Assembly (NCBI RefSeq): GCF_006345805.1
Contig: NW_021833697.1
Coordinates: forward strand, 1 to 56,556
DNA: 56,556 nt
Direction of reading: 5' to 3'
Source of the DNA: Octopus sinensis
Taxonomy: Eukaryota
Each line of letters starts with the position of its first letter. The stretch's first letter is position 1. The translations under genes and the position numbers were made by a program. Of this stretch, positions 13,392 through 25,420 are shown in pieces. The notes under the pieces were generated by a model, which worked only from the letters and a program-made list of their open reading frames with translations, ran no database searches and had not been told where the DNA came from.

Positions 13392-13940
13392 CAAAGTTGT
13401 TTTCTTTTACTGTGAGCTCTGTGTTTATACCTAACCATTTTTCGGGTGTCGTTACACAGGGATGTGTCTTGATTCTCAAGTCTATATTCCTGTTTCTGAG
13501 GATTGTCTTACTTTTCTGAGGATTGTCTTACGGAAAATTCCCAGGATCAACCGTAGAGGATCCACGCCCAGGTGGCAAAAATGGAAAAAAATATGTGTAA
13601 CAGGTGTAAAGCATCGTATATTGAAGGAATATGACGAAAAAAAAGCGCGCTGACAAACGGGGGTGGGTGGGGAGGGGGCTCGGAAAATTCCCAGGATCAA
13701 CCGTAGAGGATCCACGCCCAGGTGGCAAAAATGGAAAAAAATATGTGTAAGAGGTGTAAGGCATCGTATATTGAAGGAATATGACGAAAAAAAAGCGCGC
13801 TGACAAACGGGGGGGGGGGCTCGGAAAATTGCCTACGATAACTGACAACGTTAAAGAATTTGAAATAGAAGCGTGGTAGATTTGTTGAAAATAATCAGCA
13901 AATCTACCACGCATGTGGTAAGTACAGATTATATTTTCCC

Positions 13941-14741
13941 AATATTATTGATTGTCACAGAATAATTATCAATCGCAACTTCAAAAATTCAAATTCCATT
14001 ACTTCAGTTTTCAAATATTATTGATTGTCACAGAATAATTATCAATCGCAACTTCAAAAATTCAAATTCCATTACTTCAGTTTTCAAATATTATTGATTG
14101 TCACAGAATAATTATCAATCGCAACTTCAAAAATTCAAATTCCATTACTTCAGTTTTCAAATATTATTGATTGTCACAGAATATTTATCAATCGCAACTT
14201 CAAAAATTCAAATTCCATTACTTCAGTTTTCAAATATTATTGATTGTCACAGAATAATTATCAATCGCAACTTCAAAAATTCAAATTCCATTACTTCAGT
14301 TTTCAAATATTATTGATTGTCACAGAATAATTATCAATCGCAACTTCAAAAATTCAAATTCCATTACTTCAGTTTTCAATATTATTGATTGTCACAGAAT
14401 AATTATCAATCGCAACTTCAAAAATTCAAATTCCATTACTTCAGTTTTCAAATATTATTGATTGTCACAGAATAATTATCAATCGCAACTTCAAAAATTC
14501 AAATTCCATTACTTCAGTTTTCAAATATTATTGATTGTCACAGAATAATTATCAATCGCAACTTCAAAAATTCAAATTCCATTACTTCAGTTTTCAAATA
14601 TTATTGATTGTCACAGAATAATTATCAATCGCAACTTCAAAAATTCAAATTCCATTACTTCAGTTTTCAAATATTATTGATTGTCACAGAATAATTATCA
14701 ATCGCAACTTCAAAAATTCAAATTCCATTACTTCAGTTTTC
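13941..14741. repeat. 73-bp minisatellite, about 11 near-perfect copies
   Basis: Unit AATATTATTGATTGTCACAGAATAATTATCAATCGCAACTTCAAAAATTCAAATTCCATTACTTCAGTTTTCA. I saw one 1-nt deletion and one substitution. Confidence 0.95.
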
Positions 14742-14779
14742 ACTTTTTGTTTGTAAAATAAAAAAAAATATATATATAG

Positions 14780-15160
14780 ACTAGCAGTATCGCCCGGCGT
14801 TGCTCGGGTTTGTAAGGGAAATAACTATAAAGCATTTTTAGCAAAAATATTGAAAAATATTGAAAATAGCAAAAAAATTGAAAAAAAATTATGGTAAATT
14901 TATTTTTGAGAGTTAAAAGGGTGGAGTTGCGTCCCCTAGACAGTCTGTGGTTTGTGTTTCTGATTCTCGACCCCATGTCGAATTTATCGATTTTTTTCAG
15001 AACTGGGGGAACTTTTCAAAATTTTCGCTGCGTTAGTTTTTAATTATGACATTGGGCTATGTGTGTGTCAAGTTTCATCAGAATCGGTTGAAAGCCGTGG
15101 TCAGGGTGAGGGTACAACCTGACAGACACACAGAAAAACTGCCGTTTATATATAGAGATT
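14780..15160 (+). mobile_element. Non-autonomous Helentron/DINE-1-like element
   Basis: Starts ACTAGCAGTATCGCCCGGCGTTGCTCGG and ends GACAGACACACAGAAAAACTGCCGTTTATATATAGAG. Confidence 0.6.
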
Positions 15161-15789
15161 TTTAGAGAGTTACTTCCCTTATGCCAACAATGCGTTTAAA
15201 ATGGTGAAAATTGATGGTAAATTTTTCTTTAAATCGTAGGCAATTTTCCGAGCCCCCTCCCCTCCCCGTTTGTCAACTCGCTTTTTTTTCGTCATATTCC
15301 TTCAATATACGATGCCTTACACCTGTTACACATTTTTTTTTCCATTTTTGCCACCTGGGCGTGGATCCTCTACGGTTGATCCTGGGAATTTTCCGAGCCC
15401 CCCCCCCACCCCCGTTCGTCAGCGCCCTTTTTTTCCGTCTTATTCCGTCAATATACGATGCCTTACAACTGTTACACATTTTAGTTTCCAGGTTGATCCT
15501 GGGAATTTTCCGAGCCCCCCCCCCCCCCACTCAGTAAATTATAAGGAAACAAGACAGAGGCGTAAATTATTCGAAACTCTTCCATATCCCACCGTCTCCG
15601 AGTTTTACACAAATAATTCGTAAATTCGTATATAATCGTAATCTACACAATCTGAAAAGTATTATCATCGTAATCTACATCACCAGAAATCTAGTAATAG
15701 AAAATTTTGAATTACCGTTAAGCCACAAAATCTTCCAACGATTTAATTCATACCACATGTAACACTCGAACCAAAGGTGTTTTTGAAAT

Positions 15790-16630
15790 GTCCACGTGCG
15801 CACACCCGCGCTAGCTAGTCGTGATTAGTCGATCCTACAACGACTGCCTAGCGCATGTGCGCGTATGCAAATTAATATTTGGGTTGTTTTTTTTTAAACA
15901 AAATAAATAATTTTTACAGAAAATAACTTCTTTTACACAAAGTAAATAATAGATGGGGATCTTTTCGGTTTGAACGGCAGTTTTTTCTAGCGGTGTCATA
16001 TGAAATTGTCACCCATAATTATGACCCGAGTATCGATCTATTGCATTTCAATCTATTTTAGGGTTAGGGTTAGTGGGAAGGGTATCTTTTTTTATTCACA
16101 AATGTAGATAAACCCAGTCTGTTTCTTAAACGAGGGACATATTCATACGGCAAAGAATGTTTTTTAGCTCTATGGACGTCATTGATTAGTTGAAATTGCA
16201 GAAATTGAAGGAAAAACCCCCCAAATATCTTACAAACTATAGAATTTTCTCAATAAAGCCAAGAGAAAAAGATGTTTTAAAAACACAATCTACCAGTATA
16301 CGAAGTTTAAAAGTGTTTAGTTACGTGGAAATTATGTTAAAAACTGCCGTTCAAACCGAAAAGATCCATAGATGGATTTTTTTGAAACAAAATAAATAAT
16401 TTTTACACAAAGTAAATAATTTTTTTAAATAAATAAAAACACAAAGTAAATTTTTAAACAAAATAAATAAATTTTTCTAAACAAATTAAATAAAAATAAC
16501 ACACTACGGGTGTAAAGAAATTATTTATTTTGTTTAAAAAAAAACATTAATTTGCATACGCGCACTCGCGCTAGGTACTCATTATAGGATCGACTAATCA
16601 CGACTAGCCACCGCGGATGCGTGCACCGGG
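15790..16630. mobile_element. Long inverted-repeat element hosting a MITE
   Basis: CTAGTCGTGATTAGTCGATCCTA and GCGCGTATGCAAATTAAT are mirrored at 16550-16610. Confidence 0.55.
15957..16367. mobile_element. GGATC-TIR MITE (Merlin-like) with an 8-bp TSD
   Basis: ATAGATGG at 15949-15956 and 16368-16375. Confidence 0.85.
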
Positions 16631-16914
16631 AGCACTCATCTTAAACAGTACTCCGTTAAAGCTATATGGGGTGTTTGTAATCGACTTTCTCTTCGCCTCA
16701 AACATTGCTGGTCCTGGGCCAAAATTGAAAACCATCACCATCATCGTTACTATTATTAATATAACCTTCAAGTAAGTCTTTATCAACTCACCAATTACTT
16801 AGTGTCTCATTAACAAACAAGACAACACTAATTAATGTGGTTTTCTCTGATCGGTTTCCTCTCATTTTACTAATTAATTATGCTACATTATATATATATA
16901 TATATATATATACT

Positions 16915-17123
16915 CTTTTACTTGTTTCAGTCATTTGACTGCGGCCATGCTGGAGCACCGCATTTAATCGAGCAACTCGATCCCGGGTCTTATTCTTTTG
17001 TAAGCCCAGTACTTATTCTATCTGTCTCTTTCGGCCGAACCGCTAAGTAACGGGAACATAAACACACCAGCATCGGTTGTCAAGCAATGCTACGGGGACA
17101 AACACAGACACACAAACACACAC

Positions 17124-17156
<33 letters not shown>

Positions 17157-17164
17157 TACATATA

Positions 17165-17242
<78 letters not shown>

Positions 17243-17420
17243 TATACACATATATACGTATATATATATACACATATATACGACAGGCTTCTTTCAGTTT
17301 CCGTCTACCAAATCCACTCACAAGGCTTTGGTCGGCCCGGGGCTATAGTAGAAGACACTCGCCCAAGGTGCCACGCAGTGGGACTGAACCCGGAACCATG
17401 TGGTTGGTAAACAAGCTACT
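16915..17420 (-). mobile_element. CORE-like SINE (family B) with an expanded (TA)n tract
   Basis: Full family-B sequence with about 160 bp of (TA)n at 17120-17280. Confidence 0.85.
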
Positions 17421-17778
17421 TAACACTAATTACGCTACATTACTCTCATTTTACCAACGAATTTCCTTTATATTACATGTAATTCTCATAAACAACAGGT
17501 CGACATTTCAGTTAAGAATTTATTAATTAGGATGAGGAAATATATTTTCCTGATGCTGTTTTGTTTTCGCTTCGAAAAATAATTACTTTAACATCGAGAG
17601 GTTCACATAATTCTATCATTTACATTATTATCATTATCACCATTACAACCTTAAAGTATATCTTTGTCAACTCACCGTATTCAGATACAAACAACGAGTC
17701 AGTGGTCAGTAATTAAAAACCTTAATTGATAATTTAAATGGCGCTTGTTTCAAGTGTTGCAGCAGTTATTTCCCTTCC

Positions 17779-18850
17779 TCTATCTATCCGCTCAGTCGAA
17801 GTCGACTCTCGGTCACTCGTTGGATCAGTGTCAGTTCTATCCTAGGCCGCTTCCTTCAGATTGGCCATGTCCATTCCGGTATCACTCTTGATGGTGTCAA
17901 GCCAGCGGGTTCTTGGTCGGCCTCATCCTCTCTTGTCACTGACCATTCCAAGCATGATGTCCTTCTACAGGGATTTTCTCTGCATAATATGACCGAAATA
18001 TGCCAATCTATGCTCGGTGATCCAAGCTTCTAGCAACATTTTTGGCCTGATCTGCTTAAGAATTTCTCCATTGACCAGCACCGTGTATATATATATCTAT
18101 TTATCTATCCGTTCAGTCGAAGTCGACTATCGGTCACTCGTTGGATCAGTGTCCTCCAGTCAGTTCTATCCTTTCAGATTGGCCATGTCCATTCTGGTAT
18201 CACTCTTGATGGTGTCAAGCCAGCGGGTTCTTGGTCGGCCTCTTCCTCTCTTGTCACTGACCATTCCAAGCATGATGTCCTTCTACAGGGATTTTCTCTG
18301 CATAATATGACCGAAATATGCCAATCTATGCTTGATGGTCCAAGCTTCTAGCAACATTTTCGGCCTGATCTGATTAAGAATTTCTCCATTGACCAGCACC
18401 ATATATATATATATATTTATCTATCCGCTCAGTCGAAGTCGACTCTCAGTCACTCGTTGGATCAGTGTCCTCCAGTCAGTTCTATCCTGGGCCGCTTCTT
18501 TCAGATTGGCTATGTCCATTCCGGTATCACTGTTGATGGTGTCAAGCCAGCGGGTTCTTGGTCGGCCTCTTCCTCTCTTGCCACTGACCATTTCAAGCAT
18601 GATGTCCTTCTCCAGGGATTTTCTCTGCATAATATGACCGAAATATGCCAATCTACGCTTGGTGATCCCAGCTTCTAGTGACATTTTCGGCCTGATCTGA
18701 TTAAGAACTTCTCCATTGGTGAGCCTCGCTTTCCATGGAATCCGCAAAAGTCTTCTCCAACACCAAAGCTTGAATGCATTAATTCTCTTCTGGTCAGCTT
18801 TCTTTAGTGTCCAGGTCTCGCATCCATATGTTGCTATTGGGAAGACAATT
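17779..18850 (-). mobile_element. RTE/BovB-like LINE 3' end, three tandem copies
   Basis: Translates YGCETWTLKKADQKRINAFKLWCWRRLLRIPWKAR...LAYFGHIMQRKSLEKDIML..GKRGRGRPRTRWLD. Copies at about 17779-18085, 18100-18400 and 18420-18850. Confidence 0.85.
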
Positions 18851-19073
18851 TCCCTTTATATGATTGTATTTTTTTAATTCTCCAATAGATGGCTCTACTA
18901 ACTGGTTGGATTTATTTCAGTCTTTTACTTTGTCTAATTCTGTGAACAACTTCACCATCACATTTCCACCAAGTGATTCGAAGAAGGTCTAGTCAAGACA
19001 CATCTCCGTATAAGATCACCCGAAAAATTGTTGGGTACAAACACAGAGCTCACAGCAAAAGAAAACAACTTTG

Positions 19074-19487
19074 GGATCTTTTCGGTATGAACGGCAAATT
19101 TTTCCAGTGGTGTCATATGAAATTGTCTCCCATAATTATGACCTTAGTATCGATCTATTGCATTTCAATCTGTTTTAGGGTTAGGGGTGGGGGAAAGGGT
19201 ATATTTTTTTTCTTCACAAATGTAAATAAACCCAATCTGTTTCTTAAACGAGGGGCATATTCATACGGCACAGAATGTTTTCGCCTCAATAGACGTCAGT
19301 GATTGGTTGAAATTGCAGAAATTGAAGAAAAACAACAACAAATATCTTACAAACTATAGAATTTTCTCAATAAAGCCAAGAAAAAAAAATGTTTTATATA
19401 CACATTCTACCAGTATACAAAGTTTAAAAGTGTTTAATTACGTGGAAATTATTTTTTAAAAAACTGCCAGTCAAACCGAACAGATCC
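19074..19487. mobile_element. GGATC-TIR MITE, inverted duplicate of the 12988 insertion
   Basis: The adjacent flank 18985-19073 is the reverse complement of 13392-13480, including the CAAAGTTG target. Confidence 0.8.
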
Positions 19488-19811
19488 GACTATACAACAC
19501 ATTGCCCACAAATGCAGGAACCATGTTCAGGGTAGTTAATTTAATTCATAGGATTTCTCCCTTTCAAATGTCCCCCTCGTCAGCCTTAATTTTGTTTTCT
19601 TCACTATTGAATATATTGTTGTCCATTTTGATTTCATCAGCATCAACTTGGATGTCGTCCCCCTAAAACAGAAAAGGGATCTTCACCTTTTGACCTACAT
19701 ATTTCAAAAATAACTTTTTGTAACTAAACACTTTCAAACTTAGGACACTTGTAGAATGTGTCATATAAAACGTGTTTTACTCTTAGCATTTTTGAGAAAA
19801 ACTTGGATACA

Positions 19812-19880
19812 CGATGTGTGACTGGAAATCGAACTTGCAACCTTACGATTGGAGGCATATACTCTACCGACTAGGGGGCC
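19812..19880 (-). mobile_element. Isolated tRNA-like SINE head
   Basis: TAGTCGGTAGAG (A-box-like) and GTTCGATTTCC (B-box-like). No intact acceptor stem. Confidence 0.4.
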
Positions 19881-19959
19881 ATATACTCTAGCCACTTCAC
19901 AGTGAAATGAGTGGAAAACGGCTAAGTATTTAGAGAAATGTTGAATCGATTCATCTATA

Positions 19960-20585
19960 TACAGAATGTTGTAAAAGTTTCAAACCCTCAATGGATTCTG
20001 ACCCATGCAAACATAGACATTAAATGGATGACAGTGTTGATGTTGTAAGATTTGCAATGTTGAATTACTATGTCATTTAATGATTCTCTTTATCTCACTG
20101 CTTCTTTTTCTATTTCAGAATATCGCATCATGGTGACGTAAAAGAAATTTCTTCGTTCAGACATGCCCCTGATATTTCTGTTGACTTTCATCAATTAGAG
20201 GAAGACCATATGTTCATAAGGCACATTCATCAACGCATCGACTTCTTTGTATAAATGAAATCTTCAACAAACGATGGGAAAATATTTCTTCTGGACAATG
20301 TAATTAACAGCAACATTTACTTGCCTTCACTGTTTGGAATGTAAAAAAGGTGATTGCTTGGTTAATTAAGCTTGGATAAATTTACAAAAGTTTTAACTGT
20401 TTACATCTGCCGTTTTAGATATTAAGCAAGAACACAGATGAAAGAAACACAGTGTTAAATTATTCTCTGAAAATACTGACACAACTGGACACAGATATCG
20501 TCGTTTAACGTCCGTTCTCCATGCTAGCATGGGTTGGACAAAAATCGTTATCATTGTGTTACGTATGAGAAATTAGTATCTTATA
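19960..20585 (+). other. Conserved ZNF 5' cassette of G4
   Basis: Acceptor AG at 20117-20118 and second TTTTAG at 20418. A SINE-tail stub sits at about 20508-20540. Confidence 0.7.
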
Positions 20586-21806
20586 ATGAATGATTTAAGA
20601 AAACCAAACAAACCTGATTCAGGTGAGAAGCCATATCACTGTGATATCTGTGGTAAAACATTCACTGAAGAAACAGTCTTGACCAAACACAAATGCATTG
20701 ATACAGGAGAGAAATCACATCACTGTGATATCTGTGGTAAATCATTCTCTAAAAATAGTCATTTGACTCGTCACAAACATATTCATACTGGAAACAAAGC
20801 ATATCACTGTGATGTCTGTGGTAAATCATTTTCCCGAAATTGTCACTTGATTAATCACATACGTATTCATACAGGGGAAAGACCATATCGTTGTGATATC
20901 TGTGGTGAATCATTTTCTCAAAGGAATCACTTGACTAAACACAAACTTACGCATACAGGAGAGAAAGCATATCATTGTAATATTTGCGGTAAATCATTCT
21001 CTCAAAGTAGTTCTTTGACTATTCACGTACGTACACATACAGGAGAGAAGCCATATCATTGCAATATCTGTGGTAAATCATTCTCTCGAAGTAGTGACTT
21101 GTATAGACACAAACGTACACATACGGGAGAAAAACCATATCATTGTGATATCTGTGGTAAATCATTCTCTCGAAGTAGTGACTTGTATAGACACAAACGT
21201 ACACATACGGGAGAAAAACCATATCATTGTGACTTCTGTGGTAAATCATTTTCTGAAAGTGGTCACTTGACTAATCACATACGTATTCATACTGGGGAAA
21301 ATCCATATCATTGTGATATCTGTGGTGAATCATTTTCTCATAATAACTCTTTAACTTATCACAAACGTGTTCATACAGGTGAGAAGCCATATCATTGTGA
21401 TATCTGTGGTAAATCTTTCTTTCTAAATAGTAACTTAACAACACACAAACGTATTCACACAGGAGAGAAGCCATATCATTGTGATATCTGTGATAAATCA
21501 TTCTCTAGAAATAATCATTTGACTCGTCACAAACATATTCATACTGGAGAAAAACCATATCTTTGTGATATCTGTGATAAATCATTTTCATGTAATAGTG
21601 ACTTGAGTAAACATAAACGTATCCATACTGGGGAAAAGCCATATCAGTGTGATATCTGTGGCAAATCATTCTCTCATAGTACCACTTTAACTAGTCACAA
21701 ACGTATTCATACAGGAGAAAAGCCATGTCATTGTAATATCTGTGGTAAATCATTCTCTCAAAAAGGCTACTTAAGTACACATTGGAGTATTCATACACAA
21801 GTGTAA
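20586..21806 (+). CDS. C2H2 ZNF G4, 14 fingers, intact
   Basis: 406 aa = 14-aa leader plus 14 x 28 aa. Finger 1 lacks the second His (HKCID). No KRAB, SCAN, BTB or ZAD domain. Confidence 0.92.
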   Translation: MNDLRKPNKPDSGEKPYHCDICGKTFTEETVLTKHKCIDTGEKSHHCDICGKSFSKNSHLTRHKHIHTGNKAYHCDVCGKSFSRNCHLINHIRIHTGERPYRCDICGESFSQRNHLTKHKLTHTGEKAYHCNICGKSFSQSSSLTIHVRTHTGEKPYHCNICGKSFSRSSDLYRHKRTHTGEKPYHCDICGKSFSRSSDLYRHKRTHTGEKPYHCDFCGKSFSESGHLTNHIRIHTGENPYHCDICGESFSHNNSLTYHKRVHTGEKPYHCDICGKSFFLNSNLTTHKRIHTGEKPYHCDICDKSFSRNNHLTRHKHIHTGEKPYLCDICDKSFSCNSDLSKHKRIHTGEKPYQCDICGKSFSHSTTLTSHKRIHTGEKPCHCNICGKSFSQKGYLSTHWSIHTQV

Positions 21807-22255
21807 CTGTATCAATATCAAAATTTATTAAAACATGACAACAATTATGAACATTTTGTCTGCTAAAAGACAGGGTTTATTCCTCTTCAAGCTTGATATT
21901 ATCAACTTCAGTTTCTTGGATGTCAAAATGAAATTCATGAATCACAACTTCAATATCATTTATATATCTAAATATGTCAACACAGAGATGACTTTGATTT
22001 CTGAAGAGGATTGTGCTGGATTTTTGAGGAATTTGTTATGAGAGAATAAAGGAATGGGAATGAGGAATAAAAGTTTTAAGTGACATTGATTTTGTCTTTG
22101 TTGTGTTTTCATCATCATCATCCTCTAACATCCATTTTTAGCATCCGTCTTCTATGCAGGCTTTGATGGGAAAGTGTGACATGAGCTGGCAAGCCAGAGT
22201 GCTGCTCCATGTTCCTGTCAGATTGGGCTTCGTTGCTTTGGCTCTCTGCCCTTAA

Positions 22256-22976
22256 CCCCTTCAATACCAACCCATGTGAAACCACCTCTGGCTCTGTAGT
22301 GCAAATGTCTTGTTATCATAAATTTTGAATTAAAATCTTCCACCAAACCTTAGTCACAATTTATGTTCCTAACACTATCTTAATGATAATGAAGTTATTT
22401 TACTAAATTCTTTGTTATATTTAAAATTAATTGAAGGAAACACAGAGCATCTCAACAGAAGTATGCTAACAAAAGGGTTAAAATATATAATAGAGAAACA
22501 ATTCTTAACCCTTTTGATACCAACCTACCTGAAACCACCTCTGGCTCTGTAGTGCAAATGTCTTGTTATCATAAGTTCTGAATTAAAATCTTCCATCAAA
22601 CCTTAGTCTCATTTTATGTTCCTAACACTATCTTAATGATAATGAAGTTATTTTACTAAATTCTTTGTTATATTTAAAATTAATTGAAAGAAACAGCATC
22701 TCAACAGAAGTATGCTAACAAAAGGGTTAAAATATATAATAGAGAAACAATTCTTAACCCTTTTGATACCAACCTACCTGAAACCACCTCTGGCTCTTTA
22801 ATATAAATGTCTTGTTATAAATTTTGAATTAAAATCTTCCACCAAATCTTACTCATAATTTATGTTCCTAACACTAGCTTAACGATAATGAAGTTATTTT
22901 ACTAAATTCTTTGTTATATTTAAAATTAATTGAAGGAAACACAGAGCATCTCAACAGAAATATGGTAATGAAAGGG
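22256..22976. mobile_element. Tandem trimer of the piggyBac-type MITE
   Basis: Three TTAA-CCC...GGG-TTAA units separated by the same 23-bp spacer AATATATAATAGAGAAACAATTC. Confidence 0.85.
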
Positions 22977-23589
22977 TTAAGATACATAGCGCATTTTATA
23001 AATATTCCTGTTCAAGAATCATAACAGTATCAAACAAGTAGTAGCGCTTTCAGTTGTGTATTTAATTTGATATATGTATTTGTGTGAACATGATATCAGT
23101 CTGACAACTAAAATAATAGAAATCTTGTATTTTGAGTATTTTTTTATATGAGGCAGAAGCATGGACTCCCCTCTACGAAGAAATAGAAAAGCTGAAATTT
23201 TTTCGCATGTGGTGTTTCAAGCACAACATATGCAGCAAAATGGCAAGATAAGACATTAAATGTAAAAATTTTAGTAAAATGTGATATGTCCAGTATCCAA
23301 GGCATACGGATGAGAATTCAGTGCAGATGGGTAGGAGATGTTTTCCAAAGACGAAATGATCACATTCCAAAAATTCTTCTGTAAGGCCAACAAGTGGCAG
23401 AGGAACTCGTCTGGTCCCCGTGCCGGTGGCACGTAAAGAGCACCATCCAAGCGTGGTCGCTGCCAGACTCCTCTGGCACCTGTTGCTCGATTAAAGGCGG
23501 TGCTCCAGCATGGCTGCGGTCAAATGACTGAAACAAGTAAAAGAGTAACACTTTTGTTCCTGGTTAATTTAACGTATATATTTCTTTAC

Positions 23590-24300
23590 TGGCCACAAGG
23601 GGCTAAACATACAGGGAACAAAGGGATTAAGTCGATTACATTGACCCCAGTGCGAAACTGGTACTTTATTTGTAGACCCCGAAAGGATGAAAGGCAAAGT
23701 CGACCTTGGCGGAATTTGAACTCAGAACGTAACGGCAGACGAAATACCTATTTCTTTACTACCCACAAGGGGCTAAACACAGAGGGAACAAACAAGGACA
23801 GACAAAGGGATTAAGTCAGTTACATCGACCCTAGTGCGTAACTGGTACTTAATTTATTGACCACGAAAGGATGAAAGGCAAAATCGACCTCGGCGGAATT
23901 TGAACTCAGAACGTAACGACAGACGAAATACTGGTAAGCGATTCGCCCAGCGCACTAACGTGTCTGCCAGCTTGCCGCTTTTTTAAATTTTACGTATAGC
24001 TTAAGGTGCAGGCTCAGTGGTTAGAGCGTCGAGCTTACGATCATGAGGTTGTGAGTTCAAATCCCGGACCGGGCTGCGTGTTGTGTTCTTGAGCAAGACA
24101 CTTTATTTCACGTTGCTCCAATTCACTCAGCTGCAGAAATGAGTTGCGACATAACAGGTGCCAAGCTGTATCGGCCCCTTTGCCTTTCTCCTTGGATAAC
24201 ACTGGTATGCATGGGTGATTGCTGGTCTTCCATAAACAACCTCGCCCAGAATTGTGCCTGGGAGGGTATCTTTAGAGGTGCAATTCCATGGTCTGTGTCG
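23590..24300. mobile_element. Two family-A SINEs (-) followed by a family-D tRNA SINE (+)
   Basis: Family A at about 23590-23980. Family D head CAGTGGTTAGAGCGTCG...GTTCAAATCCC with a CTTGAGCAAGACAC block at 24003-24300. Confidence 0.75.
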
Positions 24301-24535
24301 TGACCGAAGTGGTCTCAAGGTCCACAACATGGTGGGAGATAGAGAGGGTGGGTCATGATGAGTATTCCAGATAACGTCTGGATAGAATGCGACGTCACAT
24401 GTGGGATATTCAAAGTGTAATTAGCTTTAATGATAACAAAGTGGGAGGCGGCCCCATGACACTGTGTATATTTCAATGGAAGCATCCTCACCACAACTGA
24501 ATGGATGGTTATGAAACAATAGAGGGGCAGTCATC

Positions 24536-25290
24536 GTTAATCGCCTGGAAGCCTTTCAGCAACATGCAACCAAGAGAATACCCTCCATCAGGCATTTGCC
24601 ATATTCTGAAAGCCTTACTTCCCTGGGCATAGATACATTGAAACTCTGACTTGGCAGATACCCATAAAATTATTAACCATCTTACTAACAATAAGTCTGA
24701 GCACCTTTTCAAACTCCATCCATCTAACACCCATGGACATGTTTACAAAGCCAGAAAACAGCACAGCTCCCATGACTTTTGGAAACATTTTAGAATACCC
24801 TCCATCAGGCATTTGCCATATTCTAAACGCCTTACTTCCCTGGGCATGGACACATTGAAACTCCGTCTGGCAGCTGACTTGGCAGACACCCATAAAATTA
24901 TCAACCATCTTACAAACAATAACTCTGAGTACCTTTTCAAACTCCACCTGTCTAACACCTGTGAACATGTTTACAAAGTCAGAAAACAGCACAGTTCCCA
25001 TGACTTTCGGAAACATGTTTTCACGCTAAGAGTTGCTGAAGTATAGAACAAAACGCCAGCATCAGTTGTTAGTTGTCGGACCACTGCATCCTTCAAAACT
25101 TCCATGCTTCCTGAGATTCTCCAACACTACACCTGACTTTCTCCCCTCCATACACATGCAAGCATCTATCTGACTCATACACTGTTCGCTTCCCAGACAT
25201 TTGTACATTACTGCATATGCTTTATACGCACTTTTGACAAGTTGTGGTGCACCTGAGCACTGTATACAATAATTTCATTATTATTATTAG
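24536..25290 (+). mobile_element. CR1-clade LINE 3' end with internal duplication
   Basis: Translates LEAFQQHATKRIPSIRHLPYS...KLRLAADLADTHKIINHL...HFFTLRVAE, followed by an (ATT)n tail. Confidence 0.8.
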
Positions 25291-25420
25291 ATCAGGGTGA
25301 AGTGTGGAGGAATGATAGTGACCAGAATGTAAGGAAGTGAAGGACCGGAAGTGGAAAAACACGATGTCGTGTATCTTACTTTCCCTTGCTTTTCCCTCTG
25401 GCTGAGTAGACCTGTATCTC
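25290..25420 (+). promoter_or_regulatory. Orphan promoter paralog (ETS site), interrupted upstream by CR1
   Basis: CCGGAAGTG at 25345-25353. 24380-24540 plus 25290-25360 align by eye with 52420-52630. Confidence 0.45.

Larger units (their letters stand above)
13532..15530. mobile_element. Foldback-type element whose arms are built from ~149-bp G-rich units
   Basis: 13532-13839 is the reverse complement of 15233-15530. Confidence 0.65.

Noticed and set aside
13941-14741. Regular repeat array resembling CRISPR
   Set aside because: The units are contiguous with no unique spacers, there are no cas genes, and the context is eukaryotic.
16055-16080. TTAGGG repeats suggesting an interstitial telomere
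   Set aside because: Only 2-3 units, and they are an internal part of the GGATC MITE copies.
17043-17526. YI-rich ORFs up to 149 aa
   Set aside because: They are translations of a (TA)n tract inside a SINE.
20118-20585. Possible KRAB, SCAN, BTB or ZAD exon upstream of the fingers
   Set aside because: No recognizable motif, and all frames contain stops in most paralogs.
24003-24080. tRNA-like sequences (also at 1808, 19812, 35279)
   Set aside because: They are SINE heads with A/B boxes, lack a complete cloverleaf, and are followed by SINE bodies or are truncated.
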